From Alphaproteobacteria bacterium (GTDB lineage Bacteria > Pseudomonadota > Alphaproteobacteria > Bin95), in NCBI GenBank assembly GCA_965205265.1, contig CBDBGH010000003.1:672001-736000 (forward strand): a stretch of DNA of 64,000 nucleotides. Reading direction: 5' to 3'. Below the pieces are notes generated by a model. That model did not search any database. It had not been told where the DNA came from and saw nothing but the letters and a program-made list of their open reading frames with translations. Below, in pieces: positions 43,783 through 57,049 of this stretch (positions within the stretch are counted from its first letter, which is position 1; every line of letters begins with the position of its first letter). Made by a program: the position numbers and the translations under genes.

Positions 43783-43858
43783 GGGCGATTAGCTCAGCCG
43801 GGAGAGCACCTCGTTTACACCGAGGGGGTCGGCGGTTCGATCCCGTCATCGCCCACCA
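43783..43858 (+). tRNA. tRNA-Val(TAC)
   Basis: GGGCGATTAGCTCAG, anticodon arm CCTCG-TTTACAC-CGAGG, GGTTCGATCC, CCA end. Confidence 0.96.
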
Positions 43859-44221
43859 TTAATGTTTCTGCGCAGCCAATTGACAGTTTTGTTGTCCGGC
43901 CGTTCTTTATGCTTGGTCTGAATTGGCGTGTTGCCGGGTTTGTTCTGAGGGCAGTCCCAACATAGAAGAAGCGTTTTCGCTTTTTTGTGCGATAAAGTGC
44001 CTGCTCCCACCGGCGGTCTGTCCGCTTGCAAAACCGGCTTGTTGCGGGCGCCTGCATAGCGTGTCCCAGACGGTCCCCTGCCGCCTTCCGTGAATTTTTG
44101 CGCCCTGTCATATGGACAAGAGGGCAGGAGGGGCGTTGCTTCGCCCCGGCGGCAGCATGTCGCCGGCGGCGGAATCCGAGAGGGCAGTGCAGGAAACGGA
44201 CGAGCGGCGCCAACGGAATTC

Positions 44222-44250
44222 TTGACCCCGCTACCGGTCTCGGCTAGACG
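44222..44250 (+). promoter_or_regulatory. Putative sigma70 promoter of tRNA-Asp
   Basis: TTGACC-N17-TAGACG, 15 bp upstream of the tRNA. Confidence 0.5.
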
Positions 44251-44265
44251 GTCACCGTTGTCTGC

Positions 44266-44342
44266 GGGGGTGTAGCTCAGTCGGTTAGAGCGCTGGCCTG
44301 TCACGCCAGAGGCCGCGGGTTCGAGTCCCGTCACTCCCGCCA
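44266..44342 (+). tRNA. tRNA-Asp(GTC)
   Basis: GGGGGTGTAGCTCAG, anticodon arm CTGGC-CTGTCAC-GCCAG, GGTTCGAGTCC, CCA end. Confidence 0.96.
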
Positions 44343-44461
44343 CCCATACCCGCCGGCGGCTGCATGTCCGGAAGGCCCCGGCGGGGCTTTGCGGCCGCGC
44401 CTCCGGTCATCTATGGTGCGCCCGGTTCGGGCTTGGGAAACATGGAGGCGGGCCCAGGACG

Positions 44462-44827
44462 ATGGATGCGCTGCTCGTAGAGTATGTCCCGATACTTATC
44501 TTTACGGCTGTCGCCGGGGCGCTGGCGGCAGGCGCTGTCGTCGCTTCGATGATCGTGGCGCGGCAGAAACCGGACTCCGAGAAGCTTTCGACCTACGAAT
44601 GCGGCTTCGAGGCGTTCACCGATTCGCGGGGACGCTTCGATGTGCGCTTCTACCTGGTCGCCATCCTGTTCATCATCTTCGACCTCGAGGTGGCGTTCCT
44701 GTTTCCCTGGGCGATTTCCCTCGGCGGCATCGGCATGCTGGGATTCTGGTCGATGGTGATCTTCCTGGGCGTGCTGACGGTCGGATTCGTCTATGAATGG
44801 CGCAAGGGGGCGCTCGAATGGGAGTGA
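44462..44827 (+). CDS. nuoA: NADH-quinone oxidoreductase subunit A
   Basis: [27 protein letters not shown]. Confidence 0.97.
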   Translation: MDALLVEYVPILIFTAVAGALAAGAVVASMIVARQKPDSEKLSTYECGFEAFTDSRGRFDVRFYLVAILFIIFDLEVAFLFPWAISLGGIGMLGFWSMVIFLGVLTVGFVYEWRKGALEWE

Positions 44828-45354
44828 TCGGCCAGCCGGCGCTGGGGCCGGGCGCGGAACAGGATGCGTTGCTGCGCGGCGTGAGCGACGAGCTTCAGGA
44901 CCGGGGTTATGTGGTCGCCCAGCTCGACAAGCTGGTCAACTGGGCGCGCTCGGGATCGTTGTGGCCCATGACCTTCGGGCTCGCCTGCTGCGCCGTGGAA
45001 ATGATGCACACTGCGTGTTCGCGCTACGACCTCGACCGTTTCGGTGTCGTATTCCGCCCGAGCCCGCGGCAATCCGATGTCATGATCGTGGCCGGGACGC
45101 TCACCAACAAGATGGCGCCGGCGCTCCGCAAGGTTTACGACCAGATGGCCGAGCCGCGCTGGGTGATCTCGATGGGCTCCTGCGCCAATGGCGGCGGCTA
45201 TTATCACTATTCCTATTCGGTGGTCCGCGGGTGCGACCGGGTCGTGCCGGTGGATGTGTATGTGCCCGGTTGCCCGCCAACGGCCGAGGCGCTGCTTTAC
45301 GGCGTGCTGCTGCTGCAGAAGAAGATCCAGCGTACCGGCACGATAACGCGCTGA
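44818..45354 (+). CDS. nuoB: NADH-quinone oxidoreductase subunit B
   Basis: [28 protein letters not shown]. Confidence 0.97.
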   Translation: MGVIGQPALGPGAEQDALLRGVSDELQDRGYVVAQLDKLVNWARSGSLWPMTFGLACCAVEMMHTACSRYDLDRFGVVFRPSPRQSDVMIVAGTLTNKMAPALRKVYDQMAEPRWVISMGSCANGGGYYHYSYSVVRGCDRVVPVDVYVPGCPPTAEALLYGVLLLQKKIQRTGTITR

Positions 45355-45367
45355 ACCGGACCGGCAG

Positions 45368-45961
45368 ATGGACGAAGCCCTGAAAGACCTCGCCGAACAT
45401 GTCGAGGCGGCGGTTGGCGAGAAGGCCGCTCTGGAGCATGCGGGGTCGGAACTGGTGTTTCGCGTTGGCCGCGATGCGCTGGTCGAGGTGCTCGCCTTCC
45501 TGCGCGACGACGCGAACTGCCATTTCAAATGTCTGGTGGACCTTTGCGGCGTCGATTATCCGGAGCGTCCGGAGCGGTTCGAGGTCGTCTATAACCTGCT
45601 GAGTCACCGCCACAATCTTCGCATCCGGATCAAGACGTCCACGGATGAAGACACGCCTGTGCCTTCGATATCGGGCCTGTTCAGCTCGGCCGCCTGGTTC
45701 GAGCGCGAAGCCTGGGACCTTTACGGCGTCTTTTTCTCCGATCATCCGGACCTGCGCCGCCTGCTGACCGACTACGGTTTCGAGGGCTATCCCATGCGCA
45801 AGGACTTCCCGCTCACGGGATATGTCGAGGTCCGCTACGACGACGAACAGAAGCGGGTGGTCTATGAGCCCGTCTCCCTGACGCAGGAGTTCCGGTCTTT
45901 CGACTATCTCAGCCCCTGGGAAGGGCCGTTGCCCGGCGATGAAAAGGCGGAGGGCGCCTGA
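45368..45961 (+). CDS. nuoC: NADH-quinone oxidoreductase subunit C
   Basis: [30 protein letters not shown]. Confidence 0.97.
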   Translation: MDEALKDLAEHVEAAVGEKAALEHAGSELVFRVGRDALVEVLAFLRDDANCHFKCLVDLCGVDYPERPERFEVVYNLLSHRHNLRIRIKTSTDEDTPVPSISGLFSSAAWFEREAWDLYGVFFSDHPDLRRLLTDYGFEGYPMRKDFPLTGYVEVRYDDEQKRVVYEPVSLTQEFRSFDYLSPWEGPLPGDEKAEGA

Positions 45962-47139
45962 TGGCCGAAGCCCAGATCAGGAACTACACGCTGAATTTCG
46001 GCCCTCAGCATCCCGCGGCCCATGGCGTGCTGCGCATGGTCATGGAGCTCGACGGCGAGGTCGTGGACCGCATCGACCCCCATATCGGCCTGCTGCACCG
46101 CGGCACCGAGAAACTCATCGAGCACAAGACCTATCTTCAGGCGGTCCCGTATTTCGACAGGCTCGACTATGTCGCGCCGATGAACCAGGAACATGCCTTC
46201 GCGCTGGCGACCGAGAAGCTGCTCGGCATCGAGGTGCCGGAGCGGGGCCAGTATATCCGGGTCTTGTTCTCCGAGATCTCCCGCATCCTGAACCATCTGC
46301 TGAACCTGACCGCCTTTGCGATGGATGTCGGTGCGATGACGCCGATGCTCTGGGGCTTCGAGCAGCGCGAATTGCTGATGGAGTTCTATGAGCGCGCCAG
46401 CGGCGCGCGGCTCCATGCCGCCTATTTCCGGCCGGGCGGCGTCCATCAGGACCTTCCGGAGGGCATGCTCGACGATATTGCCGAATGGGCCGCCGCCTTC
46501 CCGAAATTCATCGCCGATATGGAAACCCTGCTCAACGAGAACCGCATCTTCAAGCAGCGCGCCGTGGATATCGGCCGCGTGTCGGTGGAAGACGCGCTCG
46601 ACTGGGGGTTCTCCGGGCCGATGCTGCGCGCCTCCGGCGTTCCCTGGGATTTGCGCAAGGCGCAGCCCTACGATGTGTACGACCGGATCGACTTCGACAT
46701 CCCGATCGGCAAGAACGGCGACTGCTACGACCGCTACCTTGTCCGGGTGGAAGAGATGCGCCAGTCGCTGCGCATCATCGACCAGTGCGTGCGGGACATG
46801 CCCGGGGGAGAGGTCGTCACCGAGAGCAACAAGGTGGCCCCGCCGAAGCGCGGCGAGATGAAGCAGTCGATGGAGGCGTTGATCCACCACTTCAAGCTCT
46901 ACACAGAGGGCTACCGCGTGCCGGCCGGCGAGACCTATACGGCTGTGGAGGCGCCCAAGGGCGAGTTCGGCGTCTATCTGGTGTCGGACGGCACCAACAA
47001 GCCTTACCGGTGCAAGATCCGGGCGCCGGGCTTTGCGCATCTTGCCGCCATGGACTTCCTGTCGCGCGGCCATATGCTGGCCGACAGCGTTGCGATTCTG
47101 GGCGCCATGGACATCGTGTTCGGAGAGGTCGATCGATGA
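45961..47139 (+). CDS. nuoD: NADH-quinone oxidoreductase subunit D
   Basis: [28 protein letters not shown]. Confidence 0.98.
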   Translation: MAEAQIRNYTLNFGPQHPAAHGVLRMVMELDGEVVDRIDPHIGLLHRGTEKLIEHKTYLQAVPYFDRLDYVAPMNQEHAFALATEKLLGIEVPERGQYIRVLFSEISRILNHLLNLTAFAMDVGAMTPMLWGFEQRELLMEFYERASGARLHAAYFRPGGVHQDLPEGMLDDIAEWAAAFPKFIADMETLLNENRIFKQRAVDIGRVSVEDALDWGFSGPMLRASGVPWDLRKAQPYDVYDRIDFDIPIGKNGDCYDRYLVRVEEMRQSLRIIDQCVRDMPGGEVVTESNKVAPPKRGEMKQSMEALIHHFKLYTEGYRVPAGETYTAVEAPKGEFGVYLVSDGTNKPYRCKIRAPGFAHLAAMDFLSRGHMLADSVAILGAMDIVFGEVDR

Positions 47140-47735
47140 GCGTGCGCGCCGGATCGGCCGAGAGCTTCGCTTTCACGGCCGACAACCTGAAGGCGGCGAA
47201 GGCCGAGGTCGCAAAATATCCGGAAGGCCGGCAGCAAAGCGCCGTCATGCCGCTGCTGGACCTGGCGCAGAGGCAGCTCGGCTGGACCTCTCCGGCCGTG
47301 ATCGAATATGTGGCGGATTTCCTGGACCTGCCGGCCATCCGCGTCTGGGAAGTCGCCAGCTTCTACACGATGTACTACCGCGAGCCGGTGGGCCGGTACC
47401 GCCTGCATGTTTGCACGACCACGCCCTGCTGGCTGCGCGGGTCCGACGAGGTCGTCCGGGTCTGCAAGGAAAAGACCGGGCTCGATTTCGGCGAGACCGA
47501 CGAGAAGGGCCTCTTCACCCTGCTGGAAGTGGAATGCCTCGGGGCATGCGTCAACGCGCCCATCCTCCAGGTCAACGACGACTACTACGAGGACCTGGAC
47601 GCGGATCGGACGGCCGCGCTGCTCGATGCGCTGGCGGAAGGCCGTCCGCCGCCTCACGGCACGCTGGCGGAACGCCTCAACTCCGCCCCGGAAGGCGGCA
47701 AGACGACTCTGCTGGAGGCCGACGCCCGATGCTGA
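47136..47735 (+). CDS. nuoE: NADH-quinone oxidoreductase subunit E
   Basis: [20 protein letters not shown]. Confidence 0.96.
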   Translation: MSVRAGSAESFAFTADNLKAAKAEVAKYPEGRQQSAVMPLLDLAQRQLGWTSPAVIEYVADFLDLPAIRVWEVASFYTMYYREPVGRYRLHVCTTTPCWLRGSDEVVRVCKEKTGLDFGETDEKGLFTLLEVECLGACVNAPILQVNDDYYEDLDADRTAALLDALAEGRPPPHGTLAERLNSAPEGGKTTLLEADARC

Positions 47736-49012
47736 GCGACCGGGACCGCATCTTCACCAATCTCTACGGCGAGCACGACTGGACGCTGAAGGGCGCCCGC
47801 GCCCGCGGCGACTGGGACGGCACGGCCGAATTGATCGCCAGGGGGCGCGAATGGCTTGTCGAGGAGATCAAGTCGTCGGGCCTGCGGGGGCGCGGCGGGG
47901 CCGGCTTCCCGACCGGGCTCAAATGGTCCTTCATGCCGAAGGAGAGCGACGGGCGCCCGGCCTATCTCGTGGTCAATGCCGATGAGGGCGAGCCCGGCAC
48001 CTGCAAGGACCGCGACATGATGCGCTGGGACCCGCACAAGCTGGTCGAGGGATGCCTCCTCGCCTGCGCGGCGATGGGCGCGGGAGCCGCATACATCTAT
48101 GTGCGCGGCGAGTTCTACAACGAGGCGCGGCACCTGCAGCACGCCATAGACGAGGCGTATGAGGCCGGGCTGATCGGCAGGAATGCCTGCGGCTCGGGCA
48201 TCGACTGCGACGTGTTCCTCCACCGGGGCGCCGGCGCCTATATCTGTGGCGAGGAAACCGCACTGATCGAGAGCCTGGAGGGCAAGAAGGGCCAGCCCCG
48301 GCTCAAGCCGCCCTTTCCCGCCATGGCAGGCCTCTACGGCTGCCCGACGACGGTCAACAATGTCGAAACCATCGCGGTGGCGCCGACCATTCTGCGCCGG
48401 GGTGCATCCTGGTTCTCCGGCTTCGGGCGCAGCAACAACACCGGCACCAAGGTGTTCTGCATCTCCGGCCATGTGAACCGGCCGTGCAATGTGGAAGAAG
48501 CGATGAGCATCCCGATGAAGGAGCTCATAGAGAAGCATGCCGGCGGCGTCCGCGGCGGTTGGGACAATCTCAAGGCGGTCATTCCGGGAGGGTCCTCCAC
48601 GCCGATCCTGCCGAAGAGCATCTGCGACGAGGTGCTGATGGATTTCGACGCGCTTCGGGATGCGCAGAGCGGGCTCGGCACGGCGGCCGTGATCGTGATG
48701 GACCGGTCCACGGACGTGGTGCGGGCGATCGCGCGGCTTGCGCGCTTCTATGCGCACGAAAGCTGCGGGCAATGCACGCCGTGCCGGGAGGGCACGGGCT
48801 GGATGATGCGCGTGATGGACCGGATGGCGTCCGGGCGCGCCCGGGTCGAGGAAATCGACATGCTGCTGGACGTGTCGAAAGAAATCGAAGGGCACACCAT
48901 CTGCGCGCATGGCGACGGTTCCGCCTGGCCGATCCAGGGACTGATCCGCCATTTCAGGCACGAAATGGAGGAACGCATCCTGAGTTACCGAAGCCGGGCC
49001 GCGGCGGCCTGA
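47729..49012 (+). CDS. nuoF: NADH-quinone oxidoreductase subunit F
   Basis: [39 protein letters not shown]. Confidence 0.97.
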   Translation: MLSDRDRIFTNLYGEHDWTLKGARARGDWDGTAELIARGREWLVEEIKSSGLRGRGGAGFPTGLKWSFMPKESDGRPAYLVVNADEGEPGTCKDRDMMRWDPHKLVEGCLLACAAMGAGAAYIYVRGEFYNEARHLQHAIDEAYEAGLIGRNACGSGIDCDVFLHRGAGAYICGEETALIESLEGKKGQPRLKPPFPAMAGLYGCPTTVNNVETIAVAPTILRRGASWFSGFGRSNNTGTKVFCISGHVNRPCNVEEAMSIPMKELIEKHAGGVRGGWDNLKAVIPGGSSTPILPKSICDEVLMDFDALRDAQSGLGTAAVIVMDRSTDVVRAIARLARFYAHESCGQCTPCREGTGWMMRVMDRMASGRARVEEIDMLLDVSKEIEGHTICAHGDGSAWPIQGLIRHFRHEMEERILSYRSRAAAA

Positions 49013-49030
49013 CCCCGGAGGGCGGAGCGA

Positions 49031-51070
49031 ATGCCGAAGCTTACCGTCGACGGGATCGAGGTCGAGGTTCCGCCCGGCAGCACGGTGCTGCAGGCGATCG
49101 AGGCCGCCGGCAAGGAAGTGCCGCGCTTCTGCTATCACGAGCGCCTGTCGATCGCCGGCAATTGCCGCATGTGCCTGGTCGAAATCCGGCCCGGCCCGCC
49201 AAAGCCGGCTGCGTCCTGCGCCATGCCGGCGGGCGACAATATGGAAGTGCTGACCTCGAGCCCGATGACGCAGAAGGCGCGCAAGGGGGTGATGGAGTTC
49301 CTGCTCATCAACCACCCGCTCGACTGCCCGATCTGCGACCAGGGCGGCGAGTGCGACCTCCAGGACCAGGCGCTCTTCTACGGAGCCGACACGAGCCGCT
49401 TCGAGGAAAACAAGCGGGCCGTGCCGGACAAGGACATGGGGCCGCTCATCAAGACGACGATGACGCGATGCATCCATTGCACGCGGTGCATCCGCTTCGC
49501 CGAGGAAGTGGCCGGCGTGCCGTCGATCGGGGCGGTCGGACGCAGCGAGCATATGGAGATCACCACGCTCGAGCGCGCGGTCGAGAGCGAGCTTTCCGGC
49601 AATGTCATCGACCTCTGTCCGGTAGGCGCGCTTACTTCGAAGCCCTATGCCTTCAACGCCCGTCCCTGGGAGCTTCGCAAGACCGAAGGCATCGACGTCT
49701 TCGATGCGCTCGGTGCGAACATCCGCATCGATTCGCGCGGCCCGGAAGTGTTGCGCATCCTGCCGCGCCTCAATGAAGAGGTGAACGAGGAGTGGCTGGG
49801 GGACAAGAGCCGCTTCGCGCATGACGGGCTCCGGCGCCAGCGTCTGGACCGGCCCTATGTGCGCCGCAACGGCCGGCTGCATCCGGCAAGCTGGAGCGAG
49901 GCGTTCGAGGCAATCCGGAAAAGAATGGAGGGGCGGGCCGGCACGGCTATCGGCGCGATTGCCGGCGACCAGGCCGATGTCGAGTCGATGCAGGCGCTCA
50001 AGGACCTTTTGCAGGCCCTCGGTTCGCCGCATCTGGATTGCAGGCAGGACGGCGCCGCCGCCATTCCCGGCCAGCGTTCCAGCTATCTCTTCAACTCCAC
50101 CGTCCAGGGTATCGAGGAAGCCGACGCCCTGTTGCTGATCGGCAGCAATCCGCGCTGGGAATCGCCGGTCCTCAATGCACGGATCCGCAAGCGATGGCTG
50201 ACCGGCGGCTTGCAGGTCGGCCTGATAGGCGAGGCGCATGAACTCGGCTACCGCTACGACCATCTCGGAAACGCCGGGCAGACCTTGCGCGGCGCGGCGG
50301 CCGGCAGGAACCGCTTCTGCGCCGTGCTGAAGGGCGCGTCGCGTCCGATGCTGATTGTCGGCGCCGGCGCCCTTGCGCGGCCGGACGGCGCGGCCGTGCT
50401 CGCCGCAACGCAACGCATAGCGGAACTGAACGGGCTGATCTCCAAGGACTGGAACGGATTCAATGTGTTGAACCGGGCCGCGTCGAGGGTCGGCGGTCTG
50501 GACCTCGGCTTCGTGCCGGGCGACGGCGGCGCGGATACCGGCGGCATGCTGTCCGGGGCTGTCGATACGCTCTTCCTGCTCGGCGCCGATGAGATCGACC
50601 TGTCCGGTCTGGGCGACGCCTTCGTGGTCTATCAGGGCCATCACGGCGATGCGGGCGCGGCGCGCGCCGATGTCATCCTGCCGGGGGCGGCCTACACCGA
50701 GAAGCCGGGCACCTGGGTCAATCTGGAGGGGCGGGTGCAGCGCAGCGAGAGGGCGACCTTCCCGCCCGGCGAGGCGCGCGAGGACTGGGCGGTGCTGCGC
50801 GCCCTTTCCGATGCGCTCGGCAGGCCGCTGCCTTACGATTCGCTGCCGGCGTTGCGCGCCCGCCTGGGCCGGACAAATCCCGTGTTCGACACGCGGGACG
50901 AAATCGTGGCGGCGGCATGGGGCGGCGCGGCTCCGGCAGGCCGGATCGACGATGCGCCGTTCGCCAGTCCGGTCGCCAACTACTATATGACCGACCCGAT
51001 CTCGCGCGCCTCGGAAACGATGGCGGTCTGCACGGAGACCTTCCTCGCCGCGGAAGCCCGCAATGGTTGA
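49031..51070 (+). CDS. nuoG: NADH-quinone oxidoreductase subunit G
   Basis: [35 protein letters not shown]. Confidence 0.97.
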   Translation: MPKLTVDGIEVEVPPGSTVLQAIEAAGKEVPRFCYHERLSIAGNCRMCLVEIRPGPPKPAASCAMPAGDNMEVLTSSPMTQKARKGVMEFLLINHPLDCPICDQGGECDLQDQALFYGADTSRFEENKRAVPDKDMGPLIKTTMTRCIHCTRCIRFAEEVAGVPSIGAVGRSEHMEITTLERAVESELSGNVIDLCPVGALTSKPYAFNARPWELRKTEGIDVFDALGANIRIDSRGPEVLRILPRLNEEVNEEWLGDKSRFAHDGLRRQRLDRPYVRRNGRLHPASWSEAFEAIRKRMEGRAGTAIGAIAGDQADVESMQALKDLLQALGSPHLDCRQDGAAAIPGQRSSYLFNSTVQGIEEADALLLIGSNPRWESPVLNARIRKRWLTGGLQVGLIGEAHELGYRYDHLGNAGQTLRGAAAGRNRFCAVLKGASRPMLIVGAGALARPDGAAVLAATQRIAELNGLISKDWNGFNVLNRAASRVGGLDLGFVPGDGGADTGGMLSGAVDTLFLLGADEIDLSGLGDAFVVYQGHHGDAGAARADVILPGAAYTEKPGTWVNLEGRVQRSERATFPPGEAREDWAVLRALSDALGRPLPYDSLPALRARLGRTNPVFDTRDEIVAAAWGGAAPAGRIDDAPFASPVANYYMTDPISRASETMAVCTETFLAAEARNG

Positions 51071-52106
51071 CTTCTGGACCGGCTATGTCTGGCCCGCGGC
51101 GGCGATCGTCGGCTACATCCTGCTGATCGTCCTGCCGCTTCTCGGCTGCATCGCCTATCTCATACTGGCCGAGCGCAAGGTCATCGCGTCCATGCAGATG
51201 CGCAAGGGGCCGAATGTCGTCGGTCCCTTCGGTTTGTTCCAGCCGATCGCCGACGGGCTGAAGCTGCTGACCAAGGAGACGATCATTCCCGCCGGCGCCA
51301 ACCGCGTGGTCTTCCTTCTGGCGCCGATGCTGACCTTTATGCTGGCGCTGGTCGCCTGGGCGGTAATTCCCTTCGACCTCGGCTGGGTTCTGGCGGACAT
51401 CAATGTAGGGGTGCTCTACCTCTTCGCCATTTCATCGCTCGGCGTTTACGGCATCCTGATGGCGGGATGGGCCAGCAATTCCCGCTACCCGTTTCTGGGC
51501 GCCTTGCGGTCGGCGGCGCAGATGGTCTCCTACGAGGTCTCGATAGGCTTCGTGATCGTGACCGTGCTCCTGTGCGCCGGCTCGCTGAACCTCTCGGTCA
51601 TCGTCCAGGCGCAGGAGGGGTCTGCCGGCCTGTTCTCCTGGTTCTGGCTGCCGCTGCTGCCCATGTTCGTCGTGTTTTTCGTGTCCGCCTTGGCCGAGAC
51701 CAATCGCGCGCCCTTCGATCTGCCGGAGGCGGAGGCCGAACTCGTCGCGGGTTACAATGTCGAATACTCGGCGATGATGTTCGCGCTCTTCTTCCTCGGC
51801 GAATACGCGAACATGATCCTGATGAGCGCGATGGCGGTCGTACTCTTCCTGGGCGGCTGGCTGTCTCCGATTCCCTACGAGCCGTTCACCTGGATTCCCG
51901 GTATCGTCTGGTTCGCGCTCAAGACGGCGCTGGTGCTGTTCACCTTCCTCTGGGTAAGGGCAACCTTCCCGCGTTACCGCTACGACCAGTTGATGCGGCT
52001 CGGCTGGAAGGTGTTCCTGCCGCTGTCCCTGCTCTGGGTGGTGGTGACGGCAGGTGCGCTTGTGGCATTCGACTGGGTGCCCGAGCCTGTCATGGCGCGG
52101 TCGTGA
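51063..52106 (+). CDS. nuoH: NADH-quinone oxidoreductase subunit H
   Basis: [34 protein letters not shown]. Confidence 0.97.
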   Translation: MVDFWTGYVWPAAAIVGYILLIVLPLLGCIAYLILAERKVIASMQMRKGPNVVGPFGLFQPIADGLKLLTKETIIPAGANRVVFLLAPMLTFMLALVAWAVIPFDLGWVLADINVGVLYLFAISSLGVYGILMAGWASNSRYPFLGALRSAAQMVSYEVSIGFVIVTVLLCAGSLNLSVIVQAQEGSAGLFSWFWLPLLPMFVVFFVSALAETNRAPFDLPEAEAELVAGYNVEYSAMMFALFFLGEYANMILMSAMAVVLFLGGWLSPIPYEPFTWIPGIVWFALKTALVLFTFLWVRATFPRYRYDQLMRLGWKVFLPLSLLWVVVTAGALVAFDWVPEPVMARS

Positions 52107-52129
52107 AGCGCAGCAGGGAGTATTGAACG

Positions 52130-52618
52130 ATGGCAGCTCTCGACCGTGGCATGCGCAGCTTCCTGCTGGCGGAACTGGTCTCCGGCATGTGGCTCACGTT
52201 GAAATACATGTTCAAGCCGAAGGTGACGCTGAACTACCCCTACGAAAAAGGGCCTCTCAGCCCGCGTTTCAGGGGCGAGCACGCCTTGCGCCGCTATCCG
52301 AATGGCGAGGAGCGGTGCATTGCCTGCAAGCTCTGCGAGGCCATCTGTCCGGCGCAGGCGATCACCATCGAGGCGGAACCGCGCGAAGACGGCAGCCGCC
52401 GCACGACGCGTTACGATATCGACATGACGAAATGCATCTATTGCGGCTTCTGTGAGGAGGCCTGTCCGGTCGATGCCATCGTCGAAGGCCCGAATTTCGA
52501 GTTTGCGACAGAGACGCGCGAAGAGCTCATGTACAACAAGGAGAAGCTCCTCGCCAACGGCGACCGCTGGGAAGCGTCGCTTGCCGACAACCTCGCCCTC
52601 GACGCGCCTTACCGCTGA
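52130..52618 (+). CDS. nuoI: NADH-quinone oxidoreductase subunit I
   Basis: Two CxxCxxCxxxCP motifs; [10 protein letters not shown]. Confidence 0.97.
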   Translation: MAALDRGMRSFLLAELVSGMWLTLKYMFKPKVTLNYPYEKGPLSPRFRGEHALRRYPNGEERCIACKLCEAICPAQAITIEAEPREDGSRRTTRYDIDMTKCIYCGFCEEACPVDAIVEGPNFEFATETREELMYNKEKLLANGDRWEASLADNLALDAPYR

Positions 52619-52633
52619 GACAGGGAGGAGGCA

Positions 52634-53242
52634 GTGGTCGTTCAAGCCCTGGCGTTCTATGTCTTCGCGGCGGTCGCGACCGCCGCCGGAGTCATGGTCA
52701 TTTCATCCCGGAACCCGGTGCATTCGGTCCTGTTCCTGATCCTCGCCTTCTTCAATGCGGCGGGCCTGTTCGTCCTGTTGGGGGCGGAGTTCCTCGCGAT
52801 GCTCTTGGTGGTGGTCTATGTCGGCGCCGTGGCGGTCCTGTTCCTGTTCGTGGTGATGATGCTCGACATCAACTTCGCGGAGCTGCGCGAAGGCTTCCTG
52901 CAATATCTTCCGGTCGGCGCCGTCGTCGGGGCGGTGCTGCTCGCCGAACTGGCGCTGGTCGGCGGCAGCTGGGCGTTGTCCGAGGGAGCCGGAAAGACAT
53001 CGTTGCCGGTTCCCGACGACAAAATGACCAACACGCATGCATTGGGCCACGTCCTCTACACCGACTACATCTATCTCTTCCAGGCTGCGGGTCTCGTATT
53101 GCTGGTCGCCATGATCGGCGCAATCGTGCTTACGCACCGAAGACGCACGGGGGTCCACAGGCAACGGATCGCGACGCAGCTCGACCGTCGGCGGGAAGAC
53201 ACCATCGAGGTCGTCAAGGTTCCGGCAAGGGGAGGCCGGTAA
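52634..53242 (+). CDS. nuoJ: NADH-quinone oxidoreductase subunit J
   Basis: [25 protein letters not shown]. Confidence 0.96.
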   Translation: MVVQALAFYVFAAVATAAGVMVISSRNPVHSVLFLILAFFNAAGLFVLLGAEFLAMLLVVVYVGAVAVLFLFVVMMLDINFAELREGFLQYLPVGAVVGAVLLAELALVGGSWALSEGAGKTSLPVPDDKMTNTHALGHVLYTDYIYLFQAAGLVLLVAMIGAIVLTHRRRTGVHRQRIATQLDRRREDTIEVVKVPARGGR

Positions 53243-53553
53243 TGCTGGAAGTCGGCCTTGCGCACTACCTCACCCTTGCCGCGGTCCTCTTCACGCTCGG
53301 CATCTTCGGCATTTTCCTCAACCGCAAAAACGTCATCATCATCCTGATGTCGATCGAGCTCATGCTGCTCGCGGTCAACATCAATCTGGTCGCATTTTCG
53401 CGGTTTCTCGAAGACATGACAGGACAGGTCTTCGCCATGTTCGTGCTCACTGTCGCAGCAGCCGAAGCCGCTATCGGCCTCGCGATCCTGGTGGTCTATT
53501 TCCGCAACCGCGGATCGATCGCCGTCGAAGACGTCAATCTGATGAAGGGCTGA
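53242..53553 (+). CDS. nuoK: NADH-quinone oxidoreductase subunit K
   Basis: [22 protein letters not shown]. Confidence 0.97.
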   Translation: MLEVGLAHYLTLAAVLFTLGIFGIFLNRKNVIIILMSIELMLLAVNINLVAFSRFLEDMTGQVFAMFVLTVAAAEAAIGLAILVVYFRNRGSIAVEDVNLMKG

Positions 53554-53573
53554 GGCGGGGCAGTCGAACGAGC

Positions 53574-55511
53574 ATGTTGTATCTGGCCTCCATATTTCTC
53601 CCGCTTCTGGCGGCAATCGTCGTCGGCCTGTTCGGACGCCTGATGGGAGACCGCCCGTCGCAGCTGGTGACATGCCTCGCTGTGACGGTTGCGGCGGCCT
53701 GCTCGGTCGTCATCTTTGTCGACATCGCGTATGGCAGCGGCGTTCCGGAAACGCTGCATGTTCTCGACTGGATCAGGTCCGGCGGGTTCGAGGCGCACTG
53801 GACGCTTCGTTTCGACACGCTCTCCGCAGTCATGCTGGTGGTCGTCAACGGCGTATCGGCCTGCGTCCACTGGTATTCGATCGGCTACATGAGCCACGAT
53901 CCGCACAAGCCGCGTTTCATGGCCTATCTGAGCCTCTTCACCTTCTCCATGCTGATGCTGGTGACAGCCGACAATCTCGTGCAGCTTTTCTTCGGCTGGG
54001 AGGGCGTCGGCCTCTGTTCCTATCTCCTGATCGGCTTCTGGTACGACCGCCCGGCCGCCAATGCCGCCGCCATCAAGGCGTTCATCGTGAACCGGGTGGG
54101 AGACTTCGGCTTCGCGCTCGGCATATTCGGCATCTGGCTCGTGTTCGAAACGGTCCAGTTCTCCTCGATCTTCGCGGCCGTTCCGAACTATGCCGGCGAA
54201 AATGTCGGTTTCCTCGGGATGGAACTGCCGGCCATCGAATTGCTGTGCTTCCTGCTGTTCATCGGCGCGATGGGCAAATCGGCCCAGATCGGACTGCACA
54301 CCTGGCTGCCCGACGCCATGGAGGGCCCGACGCCGGTATCCGCGCTGATCCATGCCGCGACCATGGTGACGGCCGGCGTTTTCATGTGCGCCCGCCTGTC
54401 GCCCCTGTTCGAATTCGCGCCGGATACGCTGGCCTTCATCACTTTCATCGGCGCGACAACGGCCTTTTTCGCCGCGACCTGCGCGTTGACGCAGACAGAC
54501 ATCAAACGGGTGATCGCCTATTCCACATGCAGCCAGCTCGGCTACATGTTCTTCGCCATCGGTGTCTCCGCCTATCCGGCGGCAATCTTCCATCTCATGA
54601 CCCATGCCTGCTTCAAGGCGCTGCTCTTCCTTGGCGCCGGCAGCGTCATTCACGCCATGTCGGGAGAGCAGGACATGCGCCGCATGGGCGGGATATGGCG
54701 GCACGTCAAGCAAACCCACATCCTGATGTGGATCGGGTCGTTCGCCCTCGCCGGGCTCCCGGTTTTCTCGGGTTATTTCTCGAAGGATTCCATCCTTGAA
54801 AGCGCCTGGGGGGCGCATAGCAGCATCGGCGACTACGCCTTTACCTTCGGGATTCTGGCCGCCGTGATGACGGCCTTCTATTCCTGGAGGCTCCTGTTCA
54901 TGACCTTCATGGGCGCGCCTCGCGCGGACGAAAAGGTCATGGCGCATGTCCATGAATCGCCGGCCGTCATGCTGGTGCCGCTCTACATTCTTGCGGCGGG
55001 AGCGATCGTGACGGGGTTCGTGTTCGTCGACGCCTTTGTCGGCGAGGAGTGGGACCGGTTCTGGGGGACGTCCGTTCTTATCCTGGAACGGAATTCGGCG
55101 ATGATGGACGGGCATCACGCCCCTTGGTATATCAAGAAGCTGCCGCTGGCGGCTGCGGCGATCGGCATTCTGATTGCCTGGTATATGTACATTCGGAAGC
55201 CGGATGCGCCGGCGGCGCTGCGGAAGCATTTCGAGCCGGCATACCAGCTCTCGTTCAACAAGTGGTGGTTCGACGAGATCTACGATATCGCATTCGTACG
55301 GCCGGCGCGGTTTCTGGCCCGGCTCTGCTGGAAGGGTGGAGACGGTTTTGTCATTGACGGCTTCGGGCCGGACGGACTGGCCGCCGTCACCCGGGCGCTC
55401 GCTCGTAGCGCCAGCATTTTCCAGTCCGGTTACATCTACCACTATGCGTTCGCGATGATGGTGGGCGTGGTCGCCCTGGTCTCCTGGTATCTGTTCTCGG
55501 CGGGGTTCTAG
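53574..55511 (+). CDS. nuoL: NADH-quinone oxidoreductase subunit L
   Basis: [32 protein letters not shown]. Confidence 0.97.
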   Translation: MLYLASIFLPLLAAIVVGLFGRLMGDRPSQLVTCLAVTVAAACSVVIFVDIAYGSGVPETLHVLDWIRSGGFEAHWTLRFDTLSAVMLVVVNGVSACVHWYSIGYMSHDPHKPRFMAYLSLFTFSMLMLVTADNLVQLFFGWEGVGLCSYLLIGFWYDRPAANAAAIKAFIVNRVGDFGFALGIFGIWLVFETVQFSSIFAAVPNYAGENVGFLGMELPAIELLCFLLFIGAMGKSAQIGLHTWLPDAMEGPTPVSALIHAATMVTAGVFMCARLSPLFEFAPDTLAFITFIGATTAFFAATCALTQTDIKRVIAYSTCSQLGYMFFAIGVSAYPAAIFHLMTHACFKALLFLGAGSVIHAMSGEQDMRRMGGIWRHVKQTHILMWIGSFALAGLPVFSGYFSKDSILESAWGAHSSIGDYAFTFGILAAVMTAFYSWRLLFMTFMGAPRADEKVMAHVHESPAVMLVPLYILAAGAIVTGFVFVDAFVGEEWDRFWGTSVLILERNSAMMDGHHAPWYIKKLPLAAAAIGILIAWYMYIRKPDAPAALRKHFEPAYQLSFNKWWFDEIYDIAFVRPARFLARLCWKGGDGFVIDGFGPDGLAAVTRALARSASIFQSGYIYHYAFAMMVGVVALVSWYLFSAGF

Positions 55512-55515
55512 AGGC

Positions 55516-57045
55516 ATGAGCTCAGGGATCGGCCTGCTTTCGATCGTTACCTTTCTGCCGCTTGTCGGCGTACTCGCGATCCTGCTGCTTTGCCGCGGCA
55601 CCGGCGAGGATGCGATCAGAAACGCGCGTATGGCCGCGTTATGGACCTCTTTGGCAACTTTCGTGGTGTCGCTGTTTCTCTGGTTCGGATTCGACACGGG
55701 GACCGCCGATTTTCAATTCGTAGAGCATGTAGAGTGGCTGCCGGAATTCCATATCGCATACCGGATGGGAATCGACGGTATTTCCTTGTTCTTTGTTTTG
55801 CTTTCTACATTTCTGACCCCGATATGCATTCTTTCCAGCTGGACGGCCGTTCAGGTCCGGGTAAAGGAATACATGATTGCGTTTCTGGCTCTCGAAACGC
55901 TCATGGTCGGGATGTTCTGCGCCCTGGACCTCGTTGTGTTTTATATTTTCTTCGAGGGCGTATTGATCCCGATGTTCCTTATCATTGGGGTCTGGGGAGG
56001 GGCCAGGCGTATCTACGCGGCGTTCAAGTTCTTTCTCTTCACTTTGCTCGGCTCCGTATTGATGCTGCTTGCCCTTCTGGCCGTGTATCTGGAGGTAGGC
56101 TCCACCAGCATTGTTGAGGCGCTTGTTTATTCCTTTGCTCCCGACCTCCAGATTTGGCTATGGATCGCCTTTTTCGCCAGTTTCGCAGTCAAGATTCCGA
56201 TGTGGCCGGTACACACCTGGCTGCCGGATGCGCATGTCGAGGCGCCGACCGCAGGCTCGGTTATTCTGGCCGGCGTGCTGCTAAAGATGGGCGGATACGG
56301 GTTCCTCCGGTTTTCGTTGCCGATGTTTCCGGAAGCGAGCGAATTTTTCACTCCGCTGATCTTCGTGCTGAGCTGCGTGGCCGTGATTTACACCTCGCTG
56401 GTGGCTCTGGCGCAGGAAGACATGAAGAAGCTCATCGCCTATTCTTCCGTCGCGCATATGGGCTTCGTGACCATCGGCATCTTCACGGCGACCAACCAGG
56501 GCATTGCCGGGGCCATTTTCCAGATGCTGAGCCACGGCATCGTGTCGGCTGCGCTGTTCCTCTGCGTCGGGGTCGTTTACGACAGGCTGCATACGCGCGA
56601 AATTGCCCGATACGGTGGCCTGGTCCACCGCATGCCTGCCTATGCGGCGGTATTCATGGTGTTCACCCTGGCGTCCGTCGGACTGCCGGGCACCAGCGGC
56701 TTCGTCGGGGAATTCCTGGTGCTGCTCGGCGCGTTCGAGGTCAACACCTGGGTCTGCTTCCTTGCGGCGACGGGTGTGATCCTCGGCGCGGCCTACATGC
56801 TGTATCTCTATCGCCGCGTGATCTTCGGCAAGCTGGAGCGCGTGGAACTGCAGACAATGCTGGATCTCAATCCGCGCGAGATCGCTGTGTTCGCGCCGCT
56901 CGTGGTGCTGGTGCTCTGGATGGGCATCTACCCGTCTTCGTTCCTCGATCCGATCCAGATGTCGGTGCAGAACCTCGTGGACCAGCATCAGGCGGCCATG
57001 CGCGCAATGGGCGAAACAGCGGCCGTTGCGGCGAAGGGTCATTGA
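55516..57045 (+). CDS. nuoM: NADH-quinone oxidoreductase subunit M
   Basis: [32 protein letters not shown]. Confidence 0.97.
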   Translation: MSSGIGLLSIVTFLPLVGVLAILLLCRGTGEDAIRNARMAALWTSLATFVVSLFLWFGFDTGTADFQFVEHVEWLPEFHIAYRMGIDGISLFFVLLSTFLTPICILSSWTAVQVRVKEYMIAFLALETLMVGMFCALDLVVFYIFFEGVLIPMFLIIGVWGGARRIYAAFKFFLFTLLGSVLMLLALLAVYLEVGSTSIVEALVYSFAPDLQIWLWIAFFASFAVKIPMWPVHTWLPDAHVEAPTAGSVILAGVLLKMGGYGFLRFSLPMFPEASEFFTPLIFVLSCVAVIYTSLVALAQEDMKKLIAYSSVAHMGFVTIGIFTATNQGIAGAIFQMLSHGIVSAALFLCVGVVYDRLHTREIARYGGLVHRMPAYAAVFMVFTLASVGLPGTSGFVGEFLVLLGAFEVNTWVCFLAATGVILGAAYMLYLYRRVIFGKLERVELQTMLDLNPREIAVFAPLVVLVLWMGIYPSSFLDPIQMSVQNLVDQHQAAMRAMGETAAVAAKGH

Positions 57046-57049
57046 AGCC

